From: Candidatus Latescibacterota bacterium
GTDB taxonomy: Bacteria > Latescibacterota > UBA2968
DNA length: 64,000 nucleotides
Reading direction: 5' to 3'
Assembly: GCA_965116885.1 (NCBI GenBank)
Contig: OZ220741.1
Coordinates: forward strand, 4,160,001-4,224,000
Made by a program: the position numbers and the translations under genes. Within the stretch, counting starts at the first letter, position 1, and every line of letters starts with the position of its first letter. A model generated the notes under the pieces. The model was not told the origin of the DNA. It saw only the letters and a list, made by a program, of their open reading frames with translations, and made no database searches. Of this stretch, positions 1 to 8,606 are shown piece after piece.

Positions 1-13
1 TAAATTTATCCGG

Positions 14-3000
14 ATGGGTGTCGATTATCTTGGCTTTCTGTCTAAGCAGCTTGGCGACCTTCGTGGTATAACAACGCTAGCACACGAGCTTATCCAAAAT
101 GCGGATGATGCGAAGGATGAATCAGGGGCGCTCTCTGCGACACGGATCACTTTTGATATCAATGACGATGCCCTGATTGTTAGTAATGATGCAGTCTTTA
201 GAGAAATTGATTTTGAACGGATGCAAAATGTAGCCAGTGGTTCAAAACGCAGCGAATCTGGAGTTCGTACTACTGGGGCATTCGGAATTGGCTTTATCTC
301 TGTATATCAAGTTACGGATAGACCAGAGATACACTCAGCAGGCCGTCGTTGGATCCTCCGTCCTGAAGCAGAAGAAGGCCGACGGATAGAAGAGTATAGC
401 GATTCTTTGATCACTAAAGATAATGGCACTGTTTTCCGACTTCCTTGGGCTTTTGGGGAATCCGAGGTACGCACAAAACTAAAAGTTCCTCCGGTTGATA
501 AAGATGCCCCTGATCTGTTTGTTAAGGAATTGAAGAACTCGTTGCCCAAAGCGATTTTATTCCTGAAGAAGCTTGAAAAGATTGAGTTATTTCGAAACGG
601 CAAACGTGTCATTCAAGTTACAAAAATTAAAAAAGAGAATGTAGTCGAAGTTAATTGTGATGGTGTAAGCCAAAACTGGCGGGTTATGCAGGGAACCTTC
701 CAAAATGAAGCCCTGGAACTAAAGAAGAAATTCCAATCGTATATTGAGGACAATCGCGAGGCCCAGGTTCAAATTGCTATCCCCGATACACTTCTCGCTG
801 ATGGATTGCTATTTGCAACATTGCCAACTGAACAATCAACAGGACTACCGTTTCACATAGACGCAGATTTTTTCCCTACTTCTGATAGGAAATCCATTGC
901 ATTTGAAGACATTAACATTATTGACCACCGATCTGAATGGAACCGTATGGCAATACGGGAAGCCGCATCCGTAATTGAAGCTAATCTGATTCCACTGCGA
1001 AATATGTTCAAAAATGATGCTTCAACATTTTGGGCTATCTTGAACAGTCTAAACCGCATATACCAAGAATACACAAACGACACACAGAAGCCGTTTGCTA
1101 CGTTTTGGAAGGTATTGCATCCATTGCTAAAAGCTTCACAAATCGTTTACACCGAATCAGAAAAATGGCTTACTCCTGACGAGACCCGCATTCCAACAGG
1201 TGAGAAAGAAGAAGAGGCTATCCCTATATTCAAAGCTCTAAACATTGAGATAGTCCATCAAGACCTAAAGAGATATCGCAATATACTGAGAAGCAATGGC
1301 GTAGGTGTGCTGAGAGTCAACGATATTTTTGAATCACTCCAGCACGAAGGATTGACCAAACATCCCAAGTGCGTTCCTTCAGACTTCCAGACTCCTGAGC
1401 AATTGGAACTGCTATGTAGAGGAATTTACGGGATACTTGAAAACACTCAGGGAGAATCAGCAAAGGAAGAAGCTAAAAAATTGTTGCGCCATTGCGCATT
1501 GGCTCCGGGGCTTGACGGACACCTCTGGCCATGTGGTTCAGTTTATCAAGCTGATGAGCACACCCTTAAAATCTTCGCTAATCTGATACCCGCCGATGTC
1601 TCGTTCTTAGCCGTAGAGGGGATACCTTTATTCAAAGAACTCTGTCCTCAATTCAAGGCCGGAAATGCTATTAAAGAGTTAGAGCGTCTGGAGACTGTGA
1701 AACTTCAGAGAGCTTGGAGAGACGACCATTTCGATCCTTCTACTGTGCTTAAATGGTTCGATAGCTATAAGAAAGAGCTATCCGAAAATGAAGAATTACC
1801 CAAAAGACTCGCAAAAATCCCCTTATTCCCATCCGCAGAAAGGCTATGTTCATTGGAAAATTTGTATCTACAGGGAGGATTCTCTGACCCAATAGGAGAA
1901 GCCGATCTTGTGGATATGAGACAACTCAAAGGGCTTTCAGATTTCCTGAAATTTTTGGGTGCCAAAGAACTCACATTCATAAACTATGCAGAACGCTACA
2001 TTCCAAGAGCGTTTGATGCTAATAAGGATACAAGTTTGGAAGCTAAATGCAAGCTTCTGGATATTTTGGCAACCCGCATCGGTGAGGTTCGGGAGAATGA
2101 CTGGCTACGGAATAAGCTCACTGAAGCAAACATCGTTGAATGTACAGACGGTGAGTTTCATCAACCAGAGCAAGTTTACTTCCCTCGCAAAGAAGTCAGA
2201 GCAATCTTTGAGGATTTTGTTCATTATGCCTGCCTTACCAAAAAATCGGAGAGCAGGAAGGACCTCTATCGCTGGCTGGGTATCGCAAGTCGCCCTCGCC
2301 CCTATGACGTATTGCGATTTATCGACAAATTAACGAACAAGCCACCTAATCAAAGCTCCATACAGGTAATAAAGAGAGTCTTGAAGGCTGTAGGGAACGC
2401 CTGGGATAGAATACCTGAAGATGAGAAGCAATCCTATGATCCTCTGAAAAATAAGAAATGGCTCTTGGCCGATGAATCAACTAAAAAATGGTACTGCCCC
2501 AACCAACTATACGCCGCTTACAATAAGAGCCTTTTCGAATCACAGGCGAAGTTTATTGATCTAACCGTACCAATACAGCAAAAAATCCGAGATTTCCTCG
2601 AATACCTGGGAGTCAATCTTAGACCACAGCCCTCTCAAGTGGCTCAACACCTACTCAAGTGCTCCAAACTTGATAGAGAACCCCCGAAAGGCATTTATCA
2701 GTGGCTGAACAATAGTGAGCAATCCCAGGACATCTATAAGTTAAAGAATTTCGCCTGTCTTCGTATCCAAGGTAAATATCTCCGTCCGGACCAAGTCTTC
2801 TGGGGACAGCATTATTTTGGCAGATTCCGCGTCCAATTGGGGACGGACTTTCTATCATATCAGAATCTACTCCAAACACTTGGTATCAAGGAGTCACCCG
2901 ATTATAGTGATGCATTTGAAGTATTGAAGGACATCTCAACAGCAATAGGCAATAATCGATTGAAGCCAGAGGACAAAACCGTTGTAACCCATTGCTGGAT

Positions 3001-4666
3001 CATGCTAACCGAGGCACTCCAAAGCGAACAACTCGATTCAGCAAGCATACAAACTGAATTACATAGTATCCAATGTGTGCCAAATCTTGACAATATATTG
3101 TACCTGCCGTCCAGAATATTCTTTGAAGACCGTCCTCGCCTCGCAGACAAATTCTCTGAACCACTCGAAAAACATACGATTCCACGTAAAGAAGGCATTT
3201 TGCAGGCACTAGAAGCTGCCGGAGTTAGGCCAATCTCAGATATAGTAAGAGGATTTATAGATGAATCTGTAAACTCGCAGGAAGACGAGATGCTGAAGAC
3301 ACGAGTCATAGAGCGTACTGATCTCATTAGAACTATCTCAAATGATACGGTCCAACTTGACAGTATCCGCTTTCTACGCACGAATCAACTCAAGGTAAAA
3401 TGGTCTCTTAAGGACTTTATCCACGACTGGCCGCCTACTTCACCTGAACCGGTCGAGGCCCATTTGGATGGAGATGAGCAGGCTATCTATTTTGTTTTAC
3501 GAAATGGTAATATTCGCCCATGGCCAGCTATTGCCCGTGAATTAACTCAGTTAATCGCTCCAAGGAAGGAAATTGGGGCCATTTCCCCTGGACTTAAGAT
3601 AATTCTGGAAGCATCTACCTACGAAGATGCGGTAGAGCAACTCAATGATTTGGGCATAGCTCTTACTGAAGAACTGAGAAATCTGGCAAAAACAGGAAGA
3701 GTTGCAAAAACATTTGACGAGAAACCTTCCAGTGAAAATCAGGAATTATCCGATTCTTCACAGAATGGAGTAATGTCAAGTAGCGGCATTGAAAAGACTC
3801 ATCAGAATGAATTGGAAGACGAAGATGATGTAAGCGGCCATACATCCGATACTACGTCCAATCCGACTATCTCAGACAGCAATGGTACGGAATATAGCAC
3901 AGAGAATAATAATGAAAAATCAGATGGTATTGATAGAAATGGTCACACCAAAGGAGAACAGGAAGAGAATACCGAAGATGATGTTAAAGATGGCAAAACT
4001 ACGATGACTCGTGATCCGAAAAGCGGACAAACTACAGATAATGTTAAGGATCAGAACAACAGTAATGGTACGAGTCAGAAGGAATCAAATCGTTCAAACG
4101 GACTGAACAGACCGAGACCCGAAACAGGTCGGGCGGCAGAGGATTGGCTCGAAAAAAGGCTCGAACAAGTGTTCCCAAACTGTGTACAACGACATATTAG
4201 AGATAAAGCAAATAGAGAAAGTGATTTTGTTGTTTTATCCGGTAGCTGCAAGTTTCATATAGAGGTCAAACATGTGGCAAATTGGCCAGGAACATTTTAT
4301 TGGTCCGAACTCGAATGTGAAAAAGCTCAACTCCTCGAAGAGAGTAATGATGAATATATTATGGCAATCCTTTCTCCCAACGGAGGCAGAGAGTATAAAA
4401 TACATTGGATCTGGCATCCACTCGATGAATTGAAAAGCGCATCTCGAGAGGTCCAATGGACAGGTAACAGCGATTATGAACTGGTGGACGCCGATTCTTG
4501 GGATGTCGAGACACGGAGACCTGACGAAGTTCCCACAAAACGACACAGATTTCGTATCAAGCTGGACGGCGAAGCCGTCAAGGGATTTGAGGAAGACACG
4601 GGGGGGCTTGAGGCATTGTGCAGAAAGATTGATAGTGTGAATGCTGAGATGGGAATAGAGTCATAA
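14..4666 (+). CDS. Sacsin-like GHKL ATPase protein with C-terminal DUF3883 (NO VEIN)-like PD-(D/E)XK nuclease domain
   Basis: N-terminal ELIQNADDA, GAFGIGFISVYQVTDRPEIHS and LPTEQSTGLPFHIDADF match the sacsin-type GHKL/S5 module. An acidic low-complexity linker is followed by GRAAE...SDF...IEVK...FYWSELE. The frame is open to the window edge, so the true start may lie upstream. Confidence 0.8.
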   Translation: MGVDYLGFLSKQLGDLRGITTLAHELIQNADDAKDESGALSATRITFDINDDALIVSNDAVFREIDFERMQNVASGSKRSESGVRTTGAFGIGFISVYQVTDRPEIHSAGRRWILRPEAEEGRRIEEYSDSLITKDNGTVFRLPWAFGESEVRTKLKVPPVDKDAPDLFVKELKNSLPKAILFLKKLEKIELFRNGKRVIQVTKIKKENVVEVNCDGVSQNWRVMQGTFQNEALELKKKFQSYIEDNREAQVQIAIPDTLLADGLLFATLPTEQSTGLPFHIDADFFPTSDRKSIAFEDINIIDHRSEWNRMAIREAASVIEANLIPLRNMFKNDASTFWAILNSLNRIYQEYTNDTQKPFATFWKVLHPLLKASQIVYTESEKWLTPDETRIPTGEKEEEAIPIFKALNIEIVHQDLKRYRNILRSNGVGVLRVNDIFESLQHEGLTKHPKCVPSDFQTPEQLELLCRGIYGILENTQGESAKEEAKKLLRHCALAPGLDGHLWPCGSVYQADEHTLKIFANLIPADVSFLAVEGIPLFKELCPQFKAGNAIKELERLETVKLQRAWRDDHFDPSTVLKWFDSYKKELSENEELPKRLAKIPLFPSAERLCSLENLYLQGGFSDPIGEADLVDMRQLKGLSDFLKFLGAKELTFINYAERYIPRAFDANKDTSLEAKCKLLDILATRIGEVRENDWLRNKLTEANIVECTDGEFHQPEQVYFPRKEVRAIFEDFVHYACLTKKSESRKDLYRWLGIASRPRPYDVLRFIDKLTNKPPNQSSIQVIKRVLKAVGNAWDRIPEDEKQSYDPLKNKKWLLADESTKKWYCPNQLYAAYNKSLFESQAKFIDLTVPIQQKIRDFLEYLGVNLRPQPSQVAQHLLKCSKLDREPPKGIYQWLNNSEQSQDIYKLKNFACLRIQGKYLRPDQVFWGQHYFGRFRVQLGTDFLSYQNLLQTLGIKESPDYSDAFEVLKDISTAIGNNRLKPEDKTVVTHCWIMLTEALQSEQLDSASIQTELHSIQCVPNLDNILYLPSRIFFEDRPRLADKFSEPLEKHTIPRKEGILQALEAAGVRPISDIVRGFIDESVNSQEDEMLKTRVIERTDLIRTISNDTVQLDSIRFLRTNQLKVKWSLKDFIHDWPPTSPEPVEAHLDGDEQAIYFVLRNGNIRPWPAIARELTQLIAPRKEIGAISPGLKIILEASTYEDAVEQLNDLGIALTEELRNLAKTGRVAKTFDEKPSSENQELSDSSQNGVMSSSGIEKTHQNELEDEDDVSGHTSDTTSNPTISDSNGTEYSTENNNEKSDGIDRNGHTKGEQEENTEDDVKDGKTTMTRDPKSGQTTDNVKDQNNSNGTSQKESNRSNGLNRPRPETGRAAEDWLEKRLEQVFPNCVQRHIRDKANRESDFVVLSGSCKFHIEVKHVANWPGTFYWSELECEKAQLLEESNDEYIMAILSPNGGREYKIHWIWHPLDELKSASREVQWTGNSDYELVDADSWDVETRRPDEVPTKRHRFRIKLDGEAVKGFEEDTGGLEALCRKIDSVNAEMGIES

Positions 4667-4668
4667 CT

Positions 4669-4788
4669 CTATCGACTAATGAGGTCCAATATGAGCCGAA
4701 ACTCTTAGGCGGAGATAATGGCCACCAGATTGTCGATCTTTGATGTCCTTCAACTTGAAAGCACGCGGTAGAGATATTCGCAGTTCAA
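4669..4788 (-). pseudogene. Relic of an addiction-module antidote (HTH antitoxin) gene, copy 1
   Basis: Minus strand reads LNCEYLYRVLSS*RTSKIDNLVAIISA*EFRL with two in-frame stops, resembling the LNRESLYRALS...NPxLxT...ALGxRL antidote C-terminus. 60/77 identical to 8163-8239. Confidence 0.65.
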
Positions 4789-4802
4789 CCGGTCCTTAGA
4801 AG

Positions 4803-5630
4803 TCAATACTCATTTTCTGCCATAGCTTCTTCTAAATCAGGAATGTCAGGCACAAGCAAAGTCAAAAACTTCCCGTTGTATCCTAACTCGATAACTGATT
4901 CTGTAGCTCCAATCTCAAAGGGTAAATCATCAAACCACTCGTCGAGTGATATGGGGCAGGCATCTTCTTCTTTGCGACCATTGATATAATCATAGGTAAG
5001 GGTGGTTCCTTTTACCGGTTTTTTACTGAGAAAATCCTGTTTATACGTTTCTTTCATACGGTTAGAACGCTGTTCATACTCAATGAGTCCTTCCTCATTA
5101 CAAACCACAAGTGTACAGGCAAGATCTGTAAGTTCTATAAAACGTAGCACAGCGGCATATGACGAAATACCAAAATGCTCAGATAATTCCAATATAGTTT
5201 CCTTCGTATATTCCTTATACCTCATCGCGGTCTGAAATGCTTTCTTGGGAGCTAAGAAACAAATGGCAAAGTAGTCGGCTTCTCGTTCAATTCGCTCTTT
5301 CGACTGAAATTCGCACTTGGATCGATGCAGTCCTGCTGTTTCCAACATTCGCCTGTGCTCCGGAATATTAATGTGTCCCAACTCATGGGAGAGTGTAAAC
5401 CTGTGGAATTTGTTGCTCCAGAAATGGTCACTATTAAATCCAATCAGATAGTTGCCACCTCCCAATGCTTTGGAAAATCCAGAAAAATCATCTCCGAATG
5501 ATTTCTCCAGGTAGCGATATTCAGATTTCTGAATCTGATCAACAATATCTTCGATAACCTCGTTATCACCAATTGCCATGTTTTCCCGAAGTTGGGCCGC
5601 ATGTGCTGCTATTGATTGTCGCAAATTCAT
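4803..5630 (-). CDS. ImmA/IrrE-family Zn metallopeptidase, CapP-like
   Basis: RFTLSHELGH (HExxH), EREADYFA and an HTH-like FGISSYAAVLRF; 275 aa; overlaps the stop of the upstream HTH gene. Confidence 0.85.
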   Translation of the reverse strand: MNLRQSIAAHAAQLRENMAIGDNEVIEDIVDQIQKSEYRYLEKSFGDDFSGFSKALGGGNYLIGFNSDHFWSNKFHRFTLSHELGHINIPEHRRMLETAGLHRSKCEFQSKERIEREADYFAICFLAPKKAFQTAMRYKEYTKETILELSEHFGISSYAAVLRFIELTDLACTLVVCNEEGLIEYEQRSNRMKETYKQDFLSKKPVKGTTLTYDYINGRKEEDACPISLDEWFDDLPFEIGATESVIELGYNGKFLTLLVPDIPDLEEAMAENEY

Positions 5631-5956
5631 CTTATACCTCTTTTTCTAACCTGTTCGTTCTGCTTTAGTATTACTACATATTCATTAATCTTATTAAGTG
5701 TGTCAGGCGATAAATCCCGTATATTTCGCATTAACAACGTTTTTTCAAACTCTCCTTTATCTTGTCCAGCTAGATCCACTTCGAGTATATTTAAAATCTG
5801 AGCAAACTTGCGAATATTGGCTGGCGTTGGCATTCTTAGACCTTTCTCAAACTGGGAAATCGAAGCCTGAGTCAGCCCTATAGCCCTTGCCAATTCTACT
5901 TGGCTCATACCCTTGTTTATCCGTGCCCTCCTGAGTCGTTCTCCAAATTCTGACAT
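5627..5956 (-). CDS. XRE-family HTH repressor, CapH-like
   Basis: FGERLRRAR..MSQVELARAIGLTQASISQFEKG..P; 109 aa with a C-terminal helical tail; AGGAG RBS; translationally coupled to the peptidase. Confidence 0.9.
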   Translation of the reverse strand: MSEFGERLRRARINKGMSQVELARAIGLTQASISQFEKGLRMPTPANIRKFAQILNILEVDLAGQDKGEFEKTLLMRNIRDLSPDTLNKINEYVVILKQNEQVRKRGIR

Positions 5957-5973
5957 GACTTTTCTCCTTTTTC

Positions 5974-6026
5974 TTGACGAAATAAATTTATGTGTTATAT
6001 TATAGCACCATCTTATGAAAATTCAA
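5974..6026. promoter_or_regulatory. Overlapping divergent sigma70-like promoters with candidate operator
   Basis: Plus strand TTGACG-N16-TATATT (5974-6001); minus strand TTGAAT-N16-TATAAT (6026-5999); palindrome ATAAATTTAT at 5982-5991 within the plus-strand spacer. Confidence 0.5.
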
Positions 6027-6072
6027 GGGTCAATTCACAACCCATTGTCTTGAAATTGAAAGGAGTTGCCTC

Positions 6073-6465
6073 ATGGCTCGCATATTCATCAGTTTCGCGA
6101 TAGAAGACCGAATCCTACGGGATTTTCTCGTTGGTCAGAAACGGAATACACGTAGCCCCATTGTTTTCACTGATTATTCTGTGAAAGAACCGTGGTCATC
6201 AAGATGGAAGACGAATTGTCGCCAAAGAATAAGATCCTGCGCTGGAGTGATAGGAATTATTACAAAACATACATCAAAAGCAGATGGACAATTGTGGGAG
6301 TTGAAGTGTGCGATTGAAGAAAATGTGCCCTCAATTCTCATTCATGGATACAGGGCACCTCAAAAAAGACTATCTATACTCCCCTCAATCATCAGAGGTC
6401 GTCGCGTCAATATCTGGACTGAAGATAACATTGTCAACTTTCTTAACAAGTTCTCAGGGAGATGA
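6073..6465 (+). CDS. TIR-like domain protein (ThsB/MTH538 DUF1863-type)
   Basis: RIFISFAIED, DYSVKEPW, and GQLWELKCA with the putative catalytic Glu; strong AAGGAG RBS. Confidence 0.85.
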   Translation: MARIFISFAIEDRILRDFLVGQKRNTRSPIVFTDYSVKEPWSSRWKTNCRQRIRSCAGVIGIITKHTSKADGQLWELKCAIEENVPSILIHGYRAPQKRLSILPSIIRGRRVNIWTEDNIVNFLNKFSGR

Positions 6466-6469
6466 TACG

Positions 6470-7468
6470 ATGAAAAAAGCTCTTATAGTTGGAATTGATA
6501 ATTACGATCCACCCAATGCATTGGGTGGATGCGTGAATGACGCAGTAGAGGTGAGTAGGGTCATAGAAATGAACGAGGATAGATCGCCAAACTTTGATGT
6601 TCGGTACATGATTAGTAGCGAGAGTGGTGTAACTAGCCAAAGGTTAAACGAAGCATTAAAAGAATTGTTCTCTGGTCAAGCAGAAACAGTAATCTTTTAT
6701 TTTGCTGGGCATGGTATCATCGATGATGTGGCCAATGATGGCTATCTAGTTACTCAAGATGGAAGTGAGCCTAATTGGGGTATTTCTTTATCCCATATCC
6801 TCGAAATGGCCAATAATTCTCATCCTAAAATCCAATCTACGGTGATTATTTTGGATAGCTGTAATTCAGGTTTTGCAGGAGAAGTGTCCGGCCTGGGGCA
6901 AGGTGATGCCACCCCTTCAATAATCGGAAATGGCGTGACTATACTGACGGCCTGCCATCGTCAAGGAACAGCGGCAGAGTCAAATGGACACGGAACATTT
7001 ACGTCAATTATTCTGGATGGATTGCGCGGTGCGGCCTGTGATGTCATTGGCCGCATAACGCCAGCTTCCCTTTATGCTCATGTGGATCAGACTCTTGGAG
7101 CATGGGAGCAACGTCCTATCTACAAGGCGAATGTTCAGAGTTTTATCACCCTGCGTGAAGTCAGCCCTAAAGTACCTTTAGAGGTGCTTCGTAGGCTTCC
7201 AGAATATTTTCCGAATTCTTCAGATGTATTCAAACTTGATCCAACTTTCGAACCGGACCGTGGGGAGAAAGCTGACTGTTTGAAGAACATCCCTATCAAT
7301 GAGGACAACGTAACTATCTATCGGGAACTTCAGCAGTGCAATCGTGTCAATTTGGTCGTACCAGTAGGCTATGATCATATGTGGCATGCAGCCGTGTTTT
7401 CAGGAGGGTGCAGACTGACCGCCACTGGAGCCCATTATCGCAAATTAGCCAAACTCAATAGAATTTAG
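6470..7468 (+). CDS. Caspase-like protease (peptidase C14), type IV Thoeris-like effector
   Basis: Start reassigned to MKKALIVGIDNY after a GGGAGA RBS; LGGCVNDA; His-Cys dyad FYFAGHG and ILDSCNSG; GTFTSIILDGLRG. Confidence 0.9.
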   Translation: MKKALIVGIDNYDPPNALGGCVNDAVEVSRVIEMNEDRSPNFDVRYMISSESGVTSQRLNEALKELFSGQAETVIFYFAGHGIIDDVANDGYLVTQDGSEPNWGISLSHILEMANNSHPKIQSTVIILDSCNSGFAGEVSGLGQGDATPSIIGNGVTILTACHRQGTAAESNGHGTFTSIILDGLRGAACDVIGRITPASLYAHVDQTLGAWEQRPIYKANVQSFITLREVSPKVPLEVLRRLPEYFPNSSDVFKLDPTFEPDRGEKADCLKNIPINEDNVTIYRELQQCNRVNLVVPVGYDHMWHAAVFSGGCRLTATGAHYRKLAKLNRI

Positions 7469-7478
7469 GGAGGTACCA

Positions 7479-7961
7479 ATGCCGATTAAAGTATTCATAT
7501 CGCACAAAGACTCTGATGCAATAATTGCCGAAAGCGTTAACAGACGTATTCGTAGGAATGGACTGGAAACATATCTTGATGTTATCGACGACGCTCTTGG
7601 GAAAGATGGACCAGACCTCGCAGATCATCTTTTAAGTAGGATGGGGGAGTGCCAGCAACTTGTGGCTGTTGTTTCATCCTCCACCAAAGATTCTTGGTGG
7701 GTACCGTGGGAGATTGGTGTCGGCGCAGAGAAGGGATTTCTAATGGCGAGCTTTTCATATAGCCATGTTCAGTTGCCAAGCTATCTTGAAAAATGGCCTG
7801 CTCTTCACTCTGATCGTGATATTGATCTTTATTGCCGATATTCAAGGCGGACAGATGCAGAGATTGGCAGGAGATATTGGCTCACAGAACAACAAAAATT
7901 TTCCCTTCGCAAAGACGAAGCCCTTAATTTCCATAAACAACTACGTACTGCTTTGGGTTGA
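7479..7961 (+). CDS. TIR domain protein (TIR_2/ThsB-like)
   Basis: KVFISHKDSD, YLD, and SWWVPWEIG with the catalytic Glu; GGGAGG RBS 10 nt after the caspase stop. Confidence 0.9.
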   Translation: MPIKVFISHKDSDAIIAESVNRRIRRNGLETYLDVIDDALGKDGPDLADHLLSRMGECQQLVAVVSSSTKDSWWVPWEIGVGAEKGFLMASFSYSHVQLPSYLEKWPALHSDRDIDLYCRYSRRTDAEIGRRYWLTEQQKFSLRKDEALNFHKQLRTALG

Positions 7962-8137
7962 TAGAGTGTCTGAAGACTACCCGATATCAGGTACTACTGA
8001 ACCATTAATCCCAAGTGCAGGTCCGTCAGAATGGATAAAAAATGAAGGATGATTGACATACTCAAAATCAATTGATTATGCTAAATATCTGGGCAAGATA
8101 AAGTTATGCATCCGAATAGCTTTTCCGTTGTCCTGTA

Positions 8138-8239
8138 CTACAACTTGATACAATCTAACCTCAGCCGAAACCCCAGAGCAGAAATAATAGCCATCAGGTT
8201 GTCGAGCTTCGGTTTGCTGCGACTTGAAAGCACGCGGTA
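8138..8239 (-). pseudogene. 3' fragment of an addiction-module antidote (HTH antitoxin) gene, copy 2, cut by IS3
   Basis: Minus strand reads YRVLSSRSKPKLDNLMAIISALGFRLRLDCIKL*; the fragment ends exactly at the IS3 left end (8240). Confidence 0.7.
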
Positions 8240-8294
8240 TGGACTTGACCCGTTTTGGTGGGTACCTTATCAGTAATCAGAAAGGAGCCCTACT

Positions 8295-8606
8295 ATGCCA
8301 CCAACACGTCCACCTTATCCAGCCGAGTTGAAGCACCAAATCATCGAGCTTGTGCGCGCTGGTCGCTCTCCGGCTGAACTGGCCAGAGAGTTTGAGCCGA
8401 CCGCTCAGACCATCCAAAACTGGATACGCCAAGCTGATCGAGATGAAGGACTTCGAGAAGACGGCCTGACCAGTTCTGAGCGAGAAGAGTTGCGTGTTCT
8501 TCGACGTGAGAACAAGCAGTTGCGCATTGAGCGCGAGATACTCTCAAAAGCAGCAGCCTGGTTCGCAGCGGAGACCGACGCGATCCCAAGAAAATCTTCG
8601 CGTTGA
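8295..8606 (+). CDS. IS3 transposase OrfA
   Basis: HTH plus leucine zipper ELRVLRRENKQLRIEREILSKAAAWFA. Confidence 0.9.
   Translation: MPPTRPPYPAELKHQIIELVRAGRSPAELAREFEPTAQTIQNWIRQADRDEGLREDGLTSSEREELRVLRRENKQLRIEREILSKAAAWFAAETDAIPRKSSR
8546..8550 (+). other. Probable programmed -1 frameshift motif A-AAA-G
   Basis: A -1 shift at AAAAG gives an open frame KSSSLVRSGDRRDPKKIFALIKAHQ running into orfB, as in IS3 itself. Confidence 0.65.

Noticed and set aside
6308..6469. Longer 386-aa caspase start from the ORF track
   Set aside because: It overlaps TIR1 by about 160 bp; the family N-terminus and an RBS are at 6470.
4694..8239. 77-bp repeats as integron attC sites
   Set aside because: They lack the RYYYAAC...GTTRRRY palindromic structure, translate as antitoxin fragments, and no integron integrase is present.
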